Source: Candidatus Eiseniibacteriota bacterium
GTDB taxonomy: Bacteria; Eisenbacteria; RBG-16-71-46
Length of the DNA: 44,183 nucleotides
Direction of reading: 5' to 3'
NCBI GenBank assembly: GCA_031364845.1
Contig: JANLWX010000049.1
Coordinates: 1-44,183, forward strand
The position numbers were made by a program, and so were the translations under genes. Below are positions 10,560-21,811 of the stretch, piece by piece. The stretch's first letter is position 1. Each line of letters opens with the position of its first letter. The notes under the pieces are model-generated. The model did no database searches, had not been told where the DNA came from, and was given only the letters and a program-made list of their open reading frames with translations.

Positions 10560-10658
10560 CGGCGGAGTGGCGATGGTCGAAGCCTCCGTGGGGACGAGCT
10601 CGACAGGAGCAGGAGCACGCAGACTAACCCGGACGATTCATGCACCGCCAGCGTGTTG

Positions 10659-10679
10659 GTTATGAGGCGCAGATTGTTG
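10659..10679 (+). repeat. IS left terminal inverted repeat
   Basis: GTTATGAGGCGCAGATTGTTG; the reverse complement of 11849-11869 is GTTGTGAGGCGAAGATTGTTG. Confidence 0.82.
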
Positions 10680-10709
10680 ATGGCGTGAGGCGTGCAGTGA
10701 CTTGCTCCT

Positions 10710-11804
10710 ATGCGCACCATACCTCAGAACTTCGTGCCCCCGTTCTGCCCCCAATCATCTTGTCGTTTCCATCGTTGCACCGACGGCTGGCAGTGGAAGC
10801 ACCACGGCAGTTTCACACGCCAGTGCGCGCCGCATGTGATCCCGCGGTTTCGATGTGTCCACTGCGGTGTCACCTTCAGCAGCCAGACCTTTTCCACCAG
10901 CTATTATCTCAAGCGCCCCGATCTGCTCGAGCCGTTGTTTCATCGCCTGCTCGCAGGCTCATGCTATCGCCAGATCGCTCGCGAGGCGCGTTGCGCTCCG
11001 ACCACGGTCATGGGTCAGGCGGCGCGCTTGGGGCGGCATGCGCTGCTCTATCTCACGCTCCATCGGCCCGATCGTGTCCGCGAACCGCTCGTGATCGACG
11101 GGTTCGAGAGCTTTGCCTACAGCCAGTTCCAGCCCCTGCATCTCAACAACGCAGTGGGATCGGGATCACACTTCGTCTACGGGTTCACGTACTCGCCGTT
11201 GCGGCGAAAGGGCAGCATGACCGCGACGCAGAAGCGAATGCGCGAACAGCTCGAGTTGCGCTACGGCCGGCCCAATTCCAAATCAATCGAGATCGAGGTC
11301 GCGGAACTGCTGCGGATCGCCGCACCGCGTGAACAGATACTGACCGTGCGCTCCGATGAGCATCCCGCGTATCCGCGTGCGTTTGCGCGGCTCGAAGGCG
11401 TTCGCATCGACCACGAGCAGACGCCCTCGGTGGCGGCGCGCACCAGCGGCAACCCCCTGTTCCCGGTCAACCTCCTTGACTTGCTCTTGAGGCACAACAG
11501 CGCGAACCACAAGCGCGAAACGATCGCCTACTCCAGACGTCACCAGAGCGTGATCGAGCGTATGGCGCTCCTGGCTCTATGGCGTAATTTCAGCAAGCGC
11601 TTCAGCGAGAACCACGACGGTGGGACGCCGGCGATGCGGATCGGACTGTGTCGGACTCCACTCAGTGCGAAGGCCCTATTGGGGCAGCGCCTATTCGCGA
11701 CGAGGATCAATATGCCCGGGCGATGGGAGGTCTACTACCGGCGGCTGGTTCCGACGATGGGGATCCGTCGGGCGAGGGCCCATTCGTTGAAGCGAGCGTT
11801 CTAG
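10710..11804 (+). CDS. IS1/IS1595-like transposase with N-terminal zinc ribbon
   Basis: CPQSSC...RFRCVHCGVTFS zinc ribbon, HTH (SCYRQIAREARCAPTTV), acidic motifs VIDGFES and RSDEHPAY, and an IS1-like LRH....KRETIAYSR segment. Confidence 0.8.
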   Translation: MRTIPQNFVPPFCPQSSCRFHRCTDGWQWKHHGSFTRQCAPHVIPRFRCVHCGVTFSSQTFSTSYYLKRPDLLEPLFHRLLAGSCYRQIAREARCAPTTVMGQAARLGRHALLYLTLHRPDRVREPLVIDGFESFAYSQFQPLHLNNAVGSGSHFVYGFTYSPLRRKGSMTATQKRMREQLELRYGRPNSKSIEIEVAELLRIAAPREQILTVRSDEHPAYPRAFARLEGVRIDHEQTPSVAARTSGNPLFPVNLLDLLLRHNSANHKRETIAYSRRHQSVIERMALLALWRNFSKRFSENHDGGTPAMRIGLCRTPLSAKALLGQRLFATRINMPGRWEVYYRRLVPTMGIRRARAHSLKRAF

Positions 11805-11848
11805 AAAAAGCCAAAGCCCCAAGAGTCTCAGGATGCTCGGCTTTTCCA

Positions 11849-11869
11849 CAACAATCTTCGCCTCACAAC
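11849..11869 (-). repeat. IS right terminal inverted repeat
   Basis: CAACAATCTTCGCCTCACAAC pairs with 10659-10679. Its outer base is the G of the PHP gene's TAG stop. Confidence 0.82.
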
Positions 11870-12717
11870 TAGCCGGGAACGCCGGCGGCGTCCTTCAATT
11901 TCTGCAGCGCGCTCGCGGGCACCGGAAGCTCGCCGACATCGGCACCCCGGTGAGGACCGTGAAAGTCGGAGCCGCCGGTTTCGAGCAGTCCGAAGCGCGC
12001 AGCCAGTCCGCGCAGCCGGCGCACCGCAACCGGGCCGTGCTGCGGATGCCAGATCTCGATCCCGCGCAGTCCGGCTTCCGACAGCCACTCGAGCCGGCCT
12101 TCATCGAACGCGACGCCCGCATGCGCGAGCACGCTGATCCCTCCCGCTTCGTGAATGAGCGCGATCGCCTCACGCGCATCGAACGAGGGCCGCGGCACGA
12201 AAGCCTGGCCGTGCGGACCCAGGAAGCGCTTGAACGCTTCGTCCATGTGGGCGACATGGCCGGCCTGCACCAGCGCCTCGGCAACATGCGGCCGTCCGAT
12301 CACGCCGGGGCCCGCGAGTTCGAGCACGCGCTCCGGATCGACCGGCATCCCGAGTGCCGTGAGCCGCTGGACCATCGCCATCGCCCGCTGCATCCGCTCC
12401 TCGCGGAAGCGGATCAGGCGCGAGGAGAGCCGCTCATCCTTGGGATCGATGAAGTACCCGAGCACGTGCAGCTCGCCGCCGTCGTGCATGCACGAGATCT
12501 CGATGCCCGGCACGATCTCGATCGCCTGGGCCGCGGCTTCGCGGGCGGGCTCCAGTGCATCGATCGCGTCGTGGTCCGTGATCGAGAGCGCCGACAGGCC
12601 GCGCTCGATGGCACGGTTGACGAGAGCGGCGGGCGTCAGCGCGCCGTCGCTGAACAGCGTGTGGGTGTGGAGATCGACTCGGCGGCCGCCCGCGCGGACG
12701 ACCGGTCGCGACATCAC
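11869..12717 (-). CDS. PHP-domain metal-dependent phosphoesterase (TrpH/YciV-like)
   Basis: DLHTHT..SDG, ITDHD, PGIEIS, LHVLGY, GRPHVA, VLAHA, TGGSDFHG. GTG start overlaps the upstream stop (GTGA). Confidence 0.92.
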   Translation of the reverse strand: MMSRPVVRAGGRRVDLHTHTLFSDGALTPAALVNRAIERGLSALSITDHDAIDALEPAREAAAQAIEIVPGIEISCMHDGGELHVLGYFIDPKDERLSSRLIRFREERMQRAMAMVQRLTALGMPVDPERVLELAGPGVIGRPHVAEALVQAGHVAHMDEAFKRFLGPHGQAFVPRPSFDAREAIALIHEAGGISVLAHAGVAFDEGRLEWLSEAGLRGIEIWHPQHGPVAVRRLRGLAARFGLLETGGSDFHGPHRGADVGELPVPASALQKLKDAAGVPG

Positions 12718-14966
12718 TCCAACTCCAGCGTCTTGCGCAGGACGCGGATCTTGAGCGCCACGTCGGGATAACTCGGCTGCGATGCGTAGATCAATTCAAA
12801 CTCCGTCACGGCTTCATCCAGCTTGCCCGCGGCCTCGAGCGCAATGCCCAGCTCGAAGCGCACGTTGAGCGCGGCATCCGGTGCGATGCCCGACTGGGCG
12901 AGTGCGGCACGATACTCGACGGTCGCGTCGTCGAAGCGTCCCTGGTCCATGCAGCAACGTCCGATCAGCTCGAATGCCCGCGCGCGCAGCGACGGCAGTT
13001 CCGCGGCGGCGCGCAGGGATTCGATGGCCTGCTGGGCGAGTCCCATCTCCATGTAGCTCACGCCGAGAGCATAATGGCTCTCGGCGTCGCCGGAAACCTG
13101 CCCGCGGACCGCGGTCTGGAACGTCTCGACCAATTCGTGCAGATCCATGCTGACGTGATCGCCGAATCCGTGCGTGACCTGGATCTTGAGCGGGTCGACC
13201 GTGGCGGCCACGGGAGCCTCGGGAGCATCGACCCGCGCGGGCCGTCCTTCCACCACCGGCTCCGTCACGACCGCGGTTACCGCGCGCGCCGGAGACGACG
13301 TGCGCAGACCGAGATCCTCGACGCGGGCCGCCGCGGTTTCGTACTGCGGATCGAGCGCGTGCGAGCGTTCGAACCACTCCCGCGCCGCGAGCGCGTCGCC
13401 GCGCTTCAGCGCCTCGTCGCCCAGATCGCACGCGACGCGCGCGCCCTCGGAGCGATCGCCACGCCGGCGGCAGTTGTCGAACCACAACATCATCGCGGGC
13501 CGCACCGGTGCCAGGTGTTCGGCGATCGCGCGATAGACGCCGGCCGCCGCGTGGGCGTTCCCCATCGCGTCATGCGCCTGCGCGACGCGTACCAGCAATT
13601 GAGCCACCGCTTCGGGCGCACCCGAACGATGGCTCTCGACCGCCTGCTGCAGCAGATTCAGCAGCGCGTCGTCCTCGGCCGCATCCGGAAGCAGCGACTG
13701 AAACCACTCTTCGCCCGCCGGAGGCTCGAAGTCTGCAGCCGAGTTGCCGTCGACAACCTCTTCGAAACTGAGGCCCGGGCGCGAGGGCGCGACATCGGAC
13801 AACGACTCCGCGAGCGACTCCGCCAGCGACGCCAATCCAAAGCTCGCGGACGGCGGCGCTTCTCGGTTGCTCTTCGGGCTCGCAGCAACCGGTGAGGCGG
13901 GGCCCATCGGGATCGGGGCGGGTGCCGCAGGTGCCGCAAGTGCCGCAGCGACCGGCATCACCGGGGTCATCGGGATCGGGGCAGGCGCCGCAGCGACCGG
14001 CATCGCCGGGGTCATCGGGATCGGGGCGGGCCCCGCACCGTTGCCGTCACGATGTTGCGGCGGAACCGCGGGCGCCTCGATGTGTCCACCCAGGTGCGCG
14101 TTCACCGACTCACGCTCCATCGGTTCGACATGCGCCGGAGGTTCGAAGCGCGCCGTCAGCACCGGCATCACGTCCTCCGGGCTCAGGTCGTCCTGGGGGC
14201 GCGTCAGCTCGAGATGCGCCGGTGTCTCTTCGACGATCGCGGCGACGTTCGGCGAAGCCGGCGTGGCGGAGTTCGCGACGGGAGTCGGCACTGGCGCGGG
14301 TGGTGACGAGGGAGTGTTTGCGGCTGAGGCCGGTTCGGCGGGTATCGCACCGAGCCCGTCGGCGGCGGCCGGATCGACCTGACGCAGGCGCGCTTCGCAT
14401 CGCTTCGCATCGGCGAACAACCCGCCATGATCATACGCGGCGATCGCCTCCTTCATGACCGCGACCGCCGCATCGTGATCGCCGTTCAACACGTGGATCT
14501 CGGACAGTCGTTCGAGCGCAATCACGTTCTCGTTCGAAGCTTCGAAGGCGAGGCGCAGCGAAACCGCGGCCTCGGCATCATCGCCGGCGCGCGCCGCGAA
14601 CTCGGCATGCTGGAGGAAGTAGAGACCGGATTCGGTCGCAAGGCCGTCGAGCGCGTGCAACTCACCGAGGCGCTTGAAGACCTTGCCCAGAACCAGACCG
14701 AGGCGTGCCATCTTCTTGCACACCGCGATCCCGTTCTTGTACAGACCCGATCGTTCGTAACCCTCGACCGCGGACAGGTAGCGATTCGCCGCGGCCGCGG
14801 AGTCGCCTTTCTTGACCAGCAGATCGGCGATCACGACCGAATGGTACGGTTCGTTCTCCTCCGCGCGCGCGAGCTTCTCGTATTCGGCCAGCGCGGCTTC
14901 GACGTCGCCGCTCTGAACGAAACGCTGAGCGCGCCGTTTGATCTCGATCGCCTTTTCCAAATCCAC
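12714..14966 (-). CDS. Multi-TPR protein, SgmX-like architecture
   Basis: N-terminal TPR array, Pro/Ala-rich linker, central TPRs, and a C-terminal TPR cluster (DAESHYALGVSYMEMGL...RFELGIALEAAG...YPDV). Confidence 0.8.
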   Translation of the reverse strand: MDLEKAIEIKRRAQRFVQSGDVEAALAEYEKLARAEENEPYHSVVIADLLVKKGDSAAAANRYLSAVEGYERSGLYKNGIAVCKKMARLGLVLGKVFKRLGELHALDGLATESGLYFLQHAEFAARAGDDAEAAVSLRLAFEASNENVIALERLSEIHVLNGDHDAAVAVMKEAIAAYDHGGLFADAKRCEARLRQVDPAAADGLGAIPAEPASAANTPSSPPAPVPTPVANSATPASPNVAAIVEETPAHLELTRPQDDLSPEDVMPVLTARFEPPAHVEPMERESVNAHLGGHIEAPAVPPQHRDGNGAGPAPIPMTPAMPVAAAPAPIPMTPVMPVAAALAAPAAPAPIPMGPASPVAASPKSNREAPPSASFGLASLAESLAESLSDVAPSRPGLSFEEVVDGNSAADFEPPAGEEWFQSLLPDAAEDDALLNLLQQAVESHRSGAPEAVAQLLVRVAQAHDAMGNAHAAAGVYRAIAEHLAPVRPAMMLWFDNCRRRGDRSEGARVACDLGDEALKRGDALAAREWFERSHALDPQYETAAARVEDLGLRTSSPARAVTAVVTEPVVEGRPARVDAPEAPVAATVDPLKIQVTHGFGDHVSMDLHELVETFQTAVRGQVSGDAESHYALGVSYMEMGLAQQAIESLRAAAELPSLRARAFELIGRCCMDQGRFDDATVEYRAALAQSGIAPDAALNVRFELGIALEAAGKLDEAVTEFELIYASQPSYPDVALKIRVLRKTLELE
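13881..14030 (-). repeat. Intragenic tandem repeats in the TPR-protein linker
   Basis: Two near-identical 45-bp units (13942-13986, 13987-14030) encoding PAPIPMTP(A/V)MPVAAA, a degenerate third copy (13881-13922), and three 9-bp (G/A)GTGCCGCA units at 13921-13947. Confidence 0.85.
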
Positions 14967-15006
14967 CCTCTCCCTAAGTCCATATTGGGGACAGGACCGG
15001 AGGCAC

Positions 15007-16539
15007 TCATGCGCTCATGACGGCGCGCACGGCCTCGGAGCAACTGCGGGCTGCCGCGTCCAGCAAGTTCTGAAGGCGCGGTAATTCCTTCTCCACATCG
15101 TCTTTATCGGCGCCCGCCGCGAGGCTCTTCAGGTTGATCTGTACGTTCAGCAGCGCACCCTCCGCCGCTGCAGCCGCCAGCCGTCCGGCGACCCCGGCAT
15201 CGGTCGCCGCATTCGGATTGCCGTCGCGCGCAGCGCGCGCCGCCAGCTCCACGATCTCGATGCAAGCCATTGCGGTCCTAAGAGGTACGCGGGTCGCCTC
15301 CAGTTCTGCCGCAGCCAGGGTCCGTTCGCGTGCGGCGATTTCCCCAGGTGCCGTCTGGGGCATTCGGCGCGCTTTCAGGACTCCATCGAATGCTTCGGCG
15401 TCGAGCCGGCCCAGCCCGACCAGTTCCGACCTCAGCGCCCCGGCACGGTCCCGGACCTCCCGCAAGCCCGGTTCCGCCGCCGCGTATTTCTTCTTTCCGA
15501 TCGACAGGTTCGCGACCATAGCCGGCAGGCTCGCCGCCAGAGCACCCGCGATCGCCGCGACCGTGCCCCCTCCCGGAGTCGGCGTCGCCTCGGCGACCGA
15601 GTCCATCAGCGCATCGAGGGTCGTGGCACCGGTGAGCGGCGGACGCCTGAGCCTGCGTTCGAGCACCTGCTCGCGGCTGAAGCCCTCGAGCTGCATCGCA
15701 TGCTCGGCCGCATCGAACATCGCCGCTTCGGGAATCAGCCCCACCACCTCGCACCCCGAGATCGCCGCGCCATGACGTGCAGCCTCAGAGCGCACCAGCG
15801 CGAGCACGCGATGGATGGGCGTCGCTTCGGTGTTCACGAGGTTCATGCTGACCTGCGCCCGGCGGCCGTCCTCGATCGAGAACCCGAGTGCGCGCACATT
15901 CTTCAATCCGCCGCTCTGCTCACGGATCGCCGCCGCGACCGCCTTCGCCACGCGCACGTCGCCGGTGTTGAGGTTCGCGTTGAACGCGACGAGAAAGCGC
16001 CGCGCGCCGACCGCGGTGGCACCCGCGGTCTGATGAATGTGCTGCGGTCCGAAGTCGGGAGACCGTGAGGGATCGGTTCCGATCGCCGCGCGCAACCCTT
16101 CGAACTGTCCGCGGCGCACGTCGGCAAGGCTCAACCGATCCGGCCGCGACGCCGCCGCCTCATACAGGAAAACGGGAATCCCGAGCTCCGCACCGATCCG
16201 CGCCCCGGTGCGCCGCGCCAGCTCCGCGCACTCGTCGAGCGTGATGCGCTCGACCGGAACGAACGGCACCACATCGGTCGCACCCATGCGCGGATGCTGG
16301 CCCGAATGCTTCGTGAGGTCGATCAACTCCGAAGCCTTCGCCACCGCGCGCACAGCCGCCTCCGACACGGCCTCCGGCTCCCCCGCGAACGTCACCACCG
16401 AGCGGTTGTGATCCGCATCCATCTCACTGTCGAGAAAGATGACTCCAGGCACTTCCGTGATCACACGAACGATCGCATCCACCACCCCACGATCACGCCC
16501 TTCAGAAAAATTCGGAACGCACTCGACGATACGGGTCAT
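15007..16539 (-). CDS. ftcd: Bifunctional glutamate formiminotransferase / formiminotetrahydrofolate cyclodeaminase
   Basis: IVECVPNFSEGR, DADHNRSV, HPRMGATDVVPFVP, GATAVGAR.FLVAFN, QVSMNL, followed by a cyclodeaminase domain (TPTPGGG, GNPNAATDAGV, LLNVQINL). Start set at ATG 16539. Confidence 0.93.
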   Translation of the reverse strand: MTRIVECVPNFSEGRDRGVVDAIVRVITEVPGVIFLDSEMDADHNRSVVTFAGEPEAVSEAAVRAVAKASELIDLTKHSGQHPRMGATDVVPFVPVERITLDECAELARRTGARIGAELGIPVFLYEAAASRPDRLSLADVRRGQFEGLRAAIGTDPSRSPDFGPQHIHQTAGATAVGARRFLVAFNANLNTGDVRVAKAVAAAIREQSGGLKNVRALGFSIEDGRRAQVSMNLVNTEATPIHRVLALVRSEAARHGAAISGCEVVGLIPEAAMFDAAEHAMQLEGFSREQVLERRLRRPPLTGATTLDALMDSVAEATPTPGGGTVAAIAGALAASLPAMVANLSIGKKKYAAAEPGLREVRDRAGALRSELVGLGRLDAEAFDGVLKARRMPQTAPGEIAARERTLAAAELEATRVPLRTAMACIEIVELAARAARDGNPNAATDAGVAGRLAAAAAEGALLNVQINLKSLAAGADKDDVEKELPRLQNLLDAAARSCSEAVRAVMSA

Positions 16540-16689
16540 ACGGGAACGATCCTCCAAGCGTGAGGCGTAAGTGCCACTGAACCAGCCGCATCACGACATC
16601 GATTGTTCAGGTAGCGTCGGTTGAAACCGAGGATCTCCAAAAGATTCCTCTTGAGTCTGTCTCGAATCGCCGATACTCTTGTGAGCAAT

Positions 16690-16749
16690 TGGATTGGGGA
16701 TTCCCGGTCGGCAACTGGCCTCGGCGGAGACGTCGGGGCCTTCTGCTTT
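16690..16749 (-). ncRNA. Putative DUF3800-associated structured RNA
   Basis: Directly after the restored DUF3800 stop: AAAGCAGAA-GGCCCCGACG-TCTC-CGCCGAGGCC-AGTTGCCGACC-GGGAATCCC-CAATCCA, giving a 10-bp stem with two C-A mismatches plus a mini-hairpin. Structured RNA motifs named for DUF3800 genes are established (Rfam DUF3800 motif families); the specific family was not verified. Confidence 0.55.
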
Positions 16750-17265
16750 TCACGGAAATTCCTTGATTCCCCCAACCCTGGATCGACCCTCCGGGACTTC
16801 GATCGATCTTCTTCTCGAGCACCGAATAGGCCCGGTTGATTTGGTTGGGTTTCAAAACCGCCCGGCCAATTGGTCGAGCGATCAGGTCAGCAATCTGAAG
16901 TCCAGGCACATTGGCCGACTTGAGAACGAACCGACGGCTCGAAACATAGAGGCGAGCCACCATAGTTGCCGCCCGCACATATTCGACGAAACTCTAATTC
17001 GAGTTCATCGTCTTCGCGTCTGCCTCTTCGCTCAAGGATTACCGGTGTCCCGGGCGCCGCCCCTCCTCGACGCACCAACCACTTTTGAGTGCGTTCAAGG
17101 CCGAACTCCAGCGCCAGCTCATAGGGGTTGCCTGGTTTCGCGTACCTGCCCAACAATCGATCCTTTCGAATCACGGATGCGATCACGGTCATGTCCAAGG
17201 CCGCAATGACTCCCGTCAATTCATCTTTTCGAATATCTCGCTATCCCGTCTTCGTTCTCGTTGGT
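16750..17265 (-). pseudogene. DUF3800-family pseudogene (two frameshifts, broken 5' end)
   Basis: Frame A: RDIRKDELTGVI..VIASVIRK..NPYELALEFGLER..LERRG..EDDELELEFRRIC. An extra base near 16934 shifts to frame B: KSANVPGLQIADLIARPIG..PNQINRAY..LEKK. An extra G in a G5 run (16769-16773) hides the ending GWGIKEFP* (TGA 16750-16752). No N-terminal DESG motif and no start codon at the expected position. The segment looks less GC-rich than its flanks. Confidence 0.75.
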
Positions 17266-17304
17266 TTGTACCGCACTCCTCACCGTAAAGTCCTTTGGCA
17301 GGCG

Positions 17305-18596
17305 CTAAGGCCAGACTCGGCGTTCTATGGAGGGGAGTGCCAAGTCCGCTCCGCGCACGAACACCGTGTCGGGTCTCACGGCGGGCATCCAGTACGGCAT
17401 CTCCTCGAGCGTCTCACACTCCCACGACACTGCATCCCCCCACGCTCCGGGCATGAGGTGGCCGGCTTCGCGCTCCGCACCGAGCGCCTTCGCGGCGTTC
17501 CACGTCACGGCGAGCAGCGTCTCCTGCGCGGTGAAGCCGCACTGGCGCGCGGCGAGTGCGGCGCACTCGAGCAACGACTGCGCGGGCGCGGTGCCCGGAT
17601 TGAAGTCGGTCGCGATCGCGAAACGCGCACCCGATTCCCGCAGCATCGCCGCCTGCGGCAGCGCCTGGCGCAGCGTGAGTGCCGCCGCGGGCAGCAGTAC
17701 TCCCACCGTCCCCGCCGCGGCCAGCGCGCGCCAGTCTTCGAGCGTCGCACTCTCGAGATGATCGGCGGAACGCGCGCCGAGCTCTGCCGCGAGCTGGGCA
17801 CCGCCGTTGCGCGTGAGCTGATCGGCGTGGAGCTTGATGTCGAGCCCCAGCGCCTGCGCGCTGAGCAGTACGCGCCGGCATTCATCGACCGAGAACGCGA
17901 GATGCTCGCAGAACACATCGACGGCGCTCGCCAGCTCGCGCCGCTGGATCTCCGGCAGCGTGCGCGTGACGATCTCATCCAGGTATTCGTCGCGGCGGTT
18001 CTTGTATTCGTCGGGCAACGCGTGGAGCAGCAGTGCCGTGCGATGCACGCACACCGGCACCCGGTGCACCGCCGAACGCATCAGGTCGAGCAGCCGGATC
18101 TCCGCGGTCGGCGTCAGACCGTAGCCGCTCTTGACCTCGACCGTGGTGCAGCCGGTGGCGCGCCAGCGCTCGATCCGGTTGGCGAGACCCTTCTCGAGCA
18201 CATCGTCGCGCTCGGCGGCGGTTGCGCGCACCGTCGAGCGGATGCCGCCGCCCTCCGCGGCGATCGTCGCGTAGTCCTCGCCCTTCTGGCGGCGTTCGTG
18301 CTCGGCGGCGCGATGGCCGGCAAAGATCATGTGCGTGTGTGCGTCGATGAGTCCGGGCGTGACGAGCCGGCCGTTCGCGTTGAGCGGACGCGCTTCGGAA
18401 TGGCGGCGGAGCAGTTCCGCGGCCGGCCCCACTTCGAGCACGCGCCCGGCCTGGAACACGACCGCGCCGCGCGGGTAGCGCAGGATCTCGGTGCCCTCGG
18501 CGTTCGGCGTCACGACTTCAGAGGTGTTGTGGAGGATCAGATACGCCGCACGCCCCGCCACCATGCGTCCCGAAGCGTCGCGCGCCGGGCCGACCG

Positions 18597-18600
<4 letters not shown>
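17305..18600 (-). CDS. hutI: Imidazolonepropionase
   Basis: [55 protein letters not shown]. Start overlaps the hutU stop. Confidence 0.95.
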
Positions 18601-20296
<1,696 letters not shown>

Positions 20297-20300
<4 letters not shown>

Positions 20301-21811
20301 GCCTTCAACACCTCTTCGGCGAGCCGCGCGGTGGCACTCGACAACACCCAGCGCGCGAGCGCCTCGCACGCATCGCCGATCGGCCGGTCGCCGTCGGGCG
20401 CCGAGGAGCGCCGGCGCACCGCACCATAGAGCCGCTCCGTTCCTTCGCCCGCGCTGAGCGGGCGGCGAAACTCCAGCGCGCGGCAACCGCACATCAGTTC
20501 GAGCGCCACGACCCGCGCGCTGTTGCCGACCACGGCGCGCGCGTGACGAGCCGCGGCCGGCGCCATGCTGACGTGATCCTCCACCCCGCCGCCGGTGGGA
20601 ATCGAATCGACCGACGAAGGATGCGCGAGCACTTTGTTCTCCGACACCAGTGCCGCCGCGGTGTACTGCGCCATCATGTAGCCCGATTCGAGGCCCGGTG
20701 TGGTCGCGAGCACCGCGGGCAGGCCGCAGTCAAAGTTGAGCAGCCGGTCGATGCGCCGCTCGCTGAGGCTCGCGACCGAACACATCGCGATCTTCAGATA
20801 GTCGGCGGCCATGCTGATCGGCTGCGCGTGGAACAGCCCAGCCGAGACGACCTGATCGTGCGCCGCGAACACCACCGGGTTGTCGTTCACCGAATCGAAC
20901 TCGATCGAAAGCTGGCGCTCGACGTGCTCGATCGCGTCCCACGCCGCACCCATCACCTGCGGAATGCAGCGCGAGCTATAGGGATCCTGCACGCGGTCGC
21001 AGCCGGCGTGCGACTCGACCAGCGCACTGCCCTGCGCGTACGCGCGCAACCGGCGCGCGGTCTCGAGCGCGCCCGGATACGGCCGCAGTTCCTGCACGTC
21101 GGCGCGCGCGGGCTCGAACGAGCCCAGCAGCACTTCGGTCGACAATGCGGAAGCGCCGACCGCCGCCTCCCACACCGCGCGCGCCTCGGCGCACGCGAGC
21201 GCGAGATATGAGGTCGAGAACTGAGTGCCGTTGATGAGCGCCAGGCCTTCCTTCGCTTCGAGCGTCAGCGGCTGGAGTCCCGCGCCCCGCAACGCGAGCG
21301 ACGCCGGCATGCGGCTGGTTCCGAGATAGGCTTCGCCTTCGCCCATCAGCACCGAGGCAAGATGGGCGAGCGGCTGCAGATCGCCCGACGCGCCGACCGA
21401 ACCCTGCTGCGGCACCACCGGGACGATGTCGCGCTCGAGCATCATCAGCAGCGCTTCGACCACTTCGGGGCGGCACCCGGAGAATCCACGGGCGAGCGAC
21501 GCCGCGCGCAGCAGAAGCATCGCGCGCACCACGTCACGCGGGGCCTCGGGCCCCACACCCGCCGAGTGCGAACGCAGCAGGTTCAACTGCAGCGTGCGCA
21601 CGTCCTCGGCCGGCACCGAGACGTTCTTCAATTCGCCGAACCCGGTCGTCACGCCGTAGACCACGTGATTGCCGGCGACCGCGCGCTCGACGACCGCGCG
21701 GCTCGCGTTCATGCGTGCCCGGGCGTCCGCGCCCAGTCGCACCGGGATCGCTTCCCCTGCCACCCGAACCACATCCCCCAGTGTGAGCGCGCGACTTCCC
21801 AGTTCGATCAC
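20297..21811 (-). CDS. hutH: Histidine ammonia-lyase
   Basis: [23 protein letters not shown]-forming [37 protein letters not shown]; sits in the hut context. Confidence 0.96.

Larger units (their letters stand above)
10659..11869 (+). mobile_element. Insertion sequence, IS1/IS1595-like, ~1.2 kb
   Basis: A single transposase ORF bounded by 21-bp imperfect terminal inverted repeats (19/21 match). Opposite orientation to all neighbouring genes. No target-site duplication visible. Confidence 0.82.

Noticed and set aside
10560..10658. Cobalamin riboswitch upstream of the S component
   Set aside because: Only about 100 nt are available, and no GGGAA/B12-box core is visible.
11806..11845. AAAAGCC...GGCTTTT inverted repeat after the transposase as a terminator
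   Set aside because: A 7-bp stem with a 26-nt loop is too weak to call.
10645..11885. Target-site duplication for the IS
   Set aside because: Compared both flanks for several end positions and found no direct repeat.
13881..14030. CRISPR-like array
   Set aside because: Repeats are contiguous, in-frame and coding, with no unique spacers and no cas genes.
16536..16775. 79-aa ORF after the DUF3800 fragments
   Set aside because: Runs through the putative RNA motif and the ftcd leader; no protein-like features.
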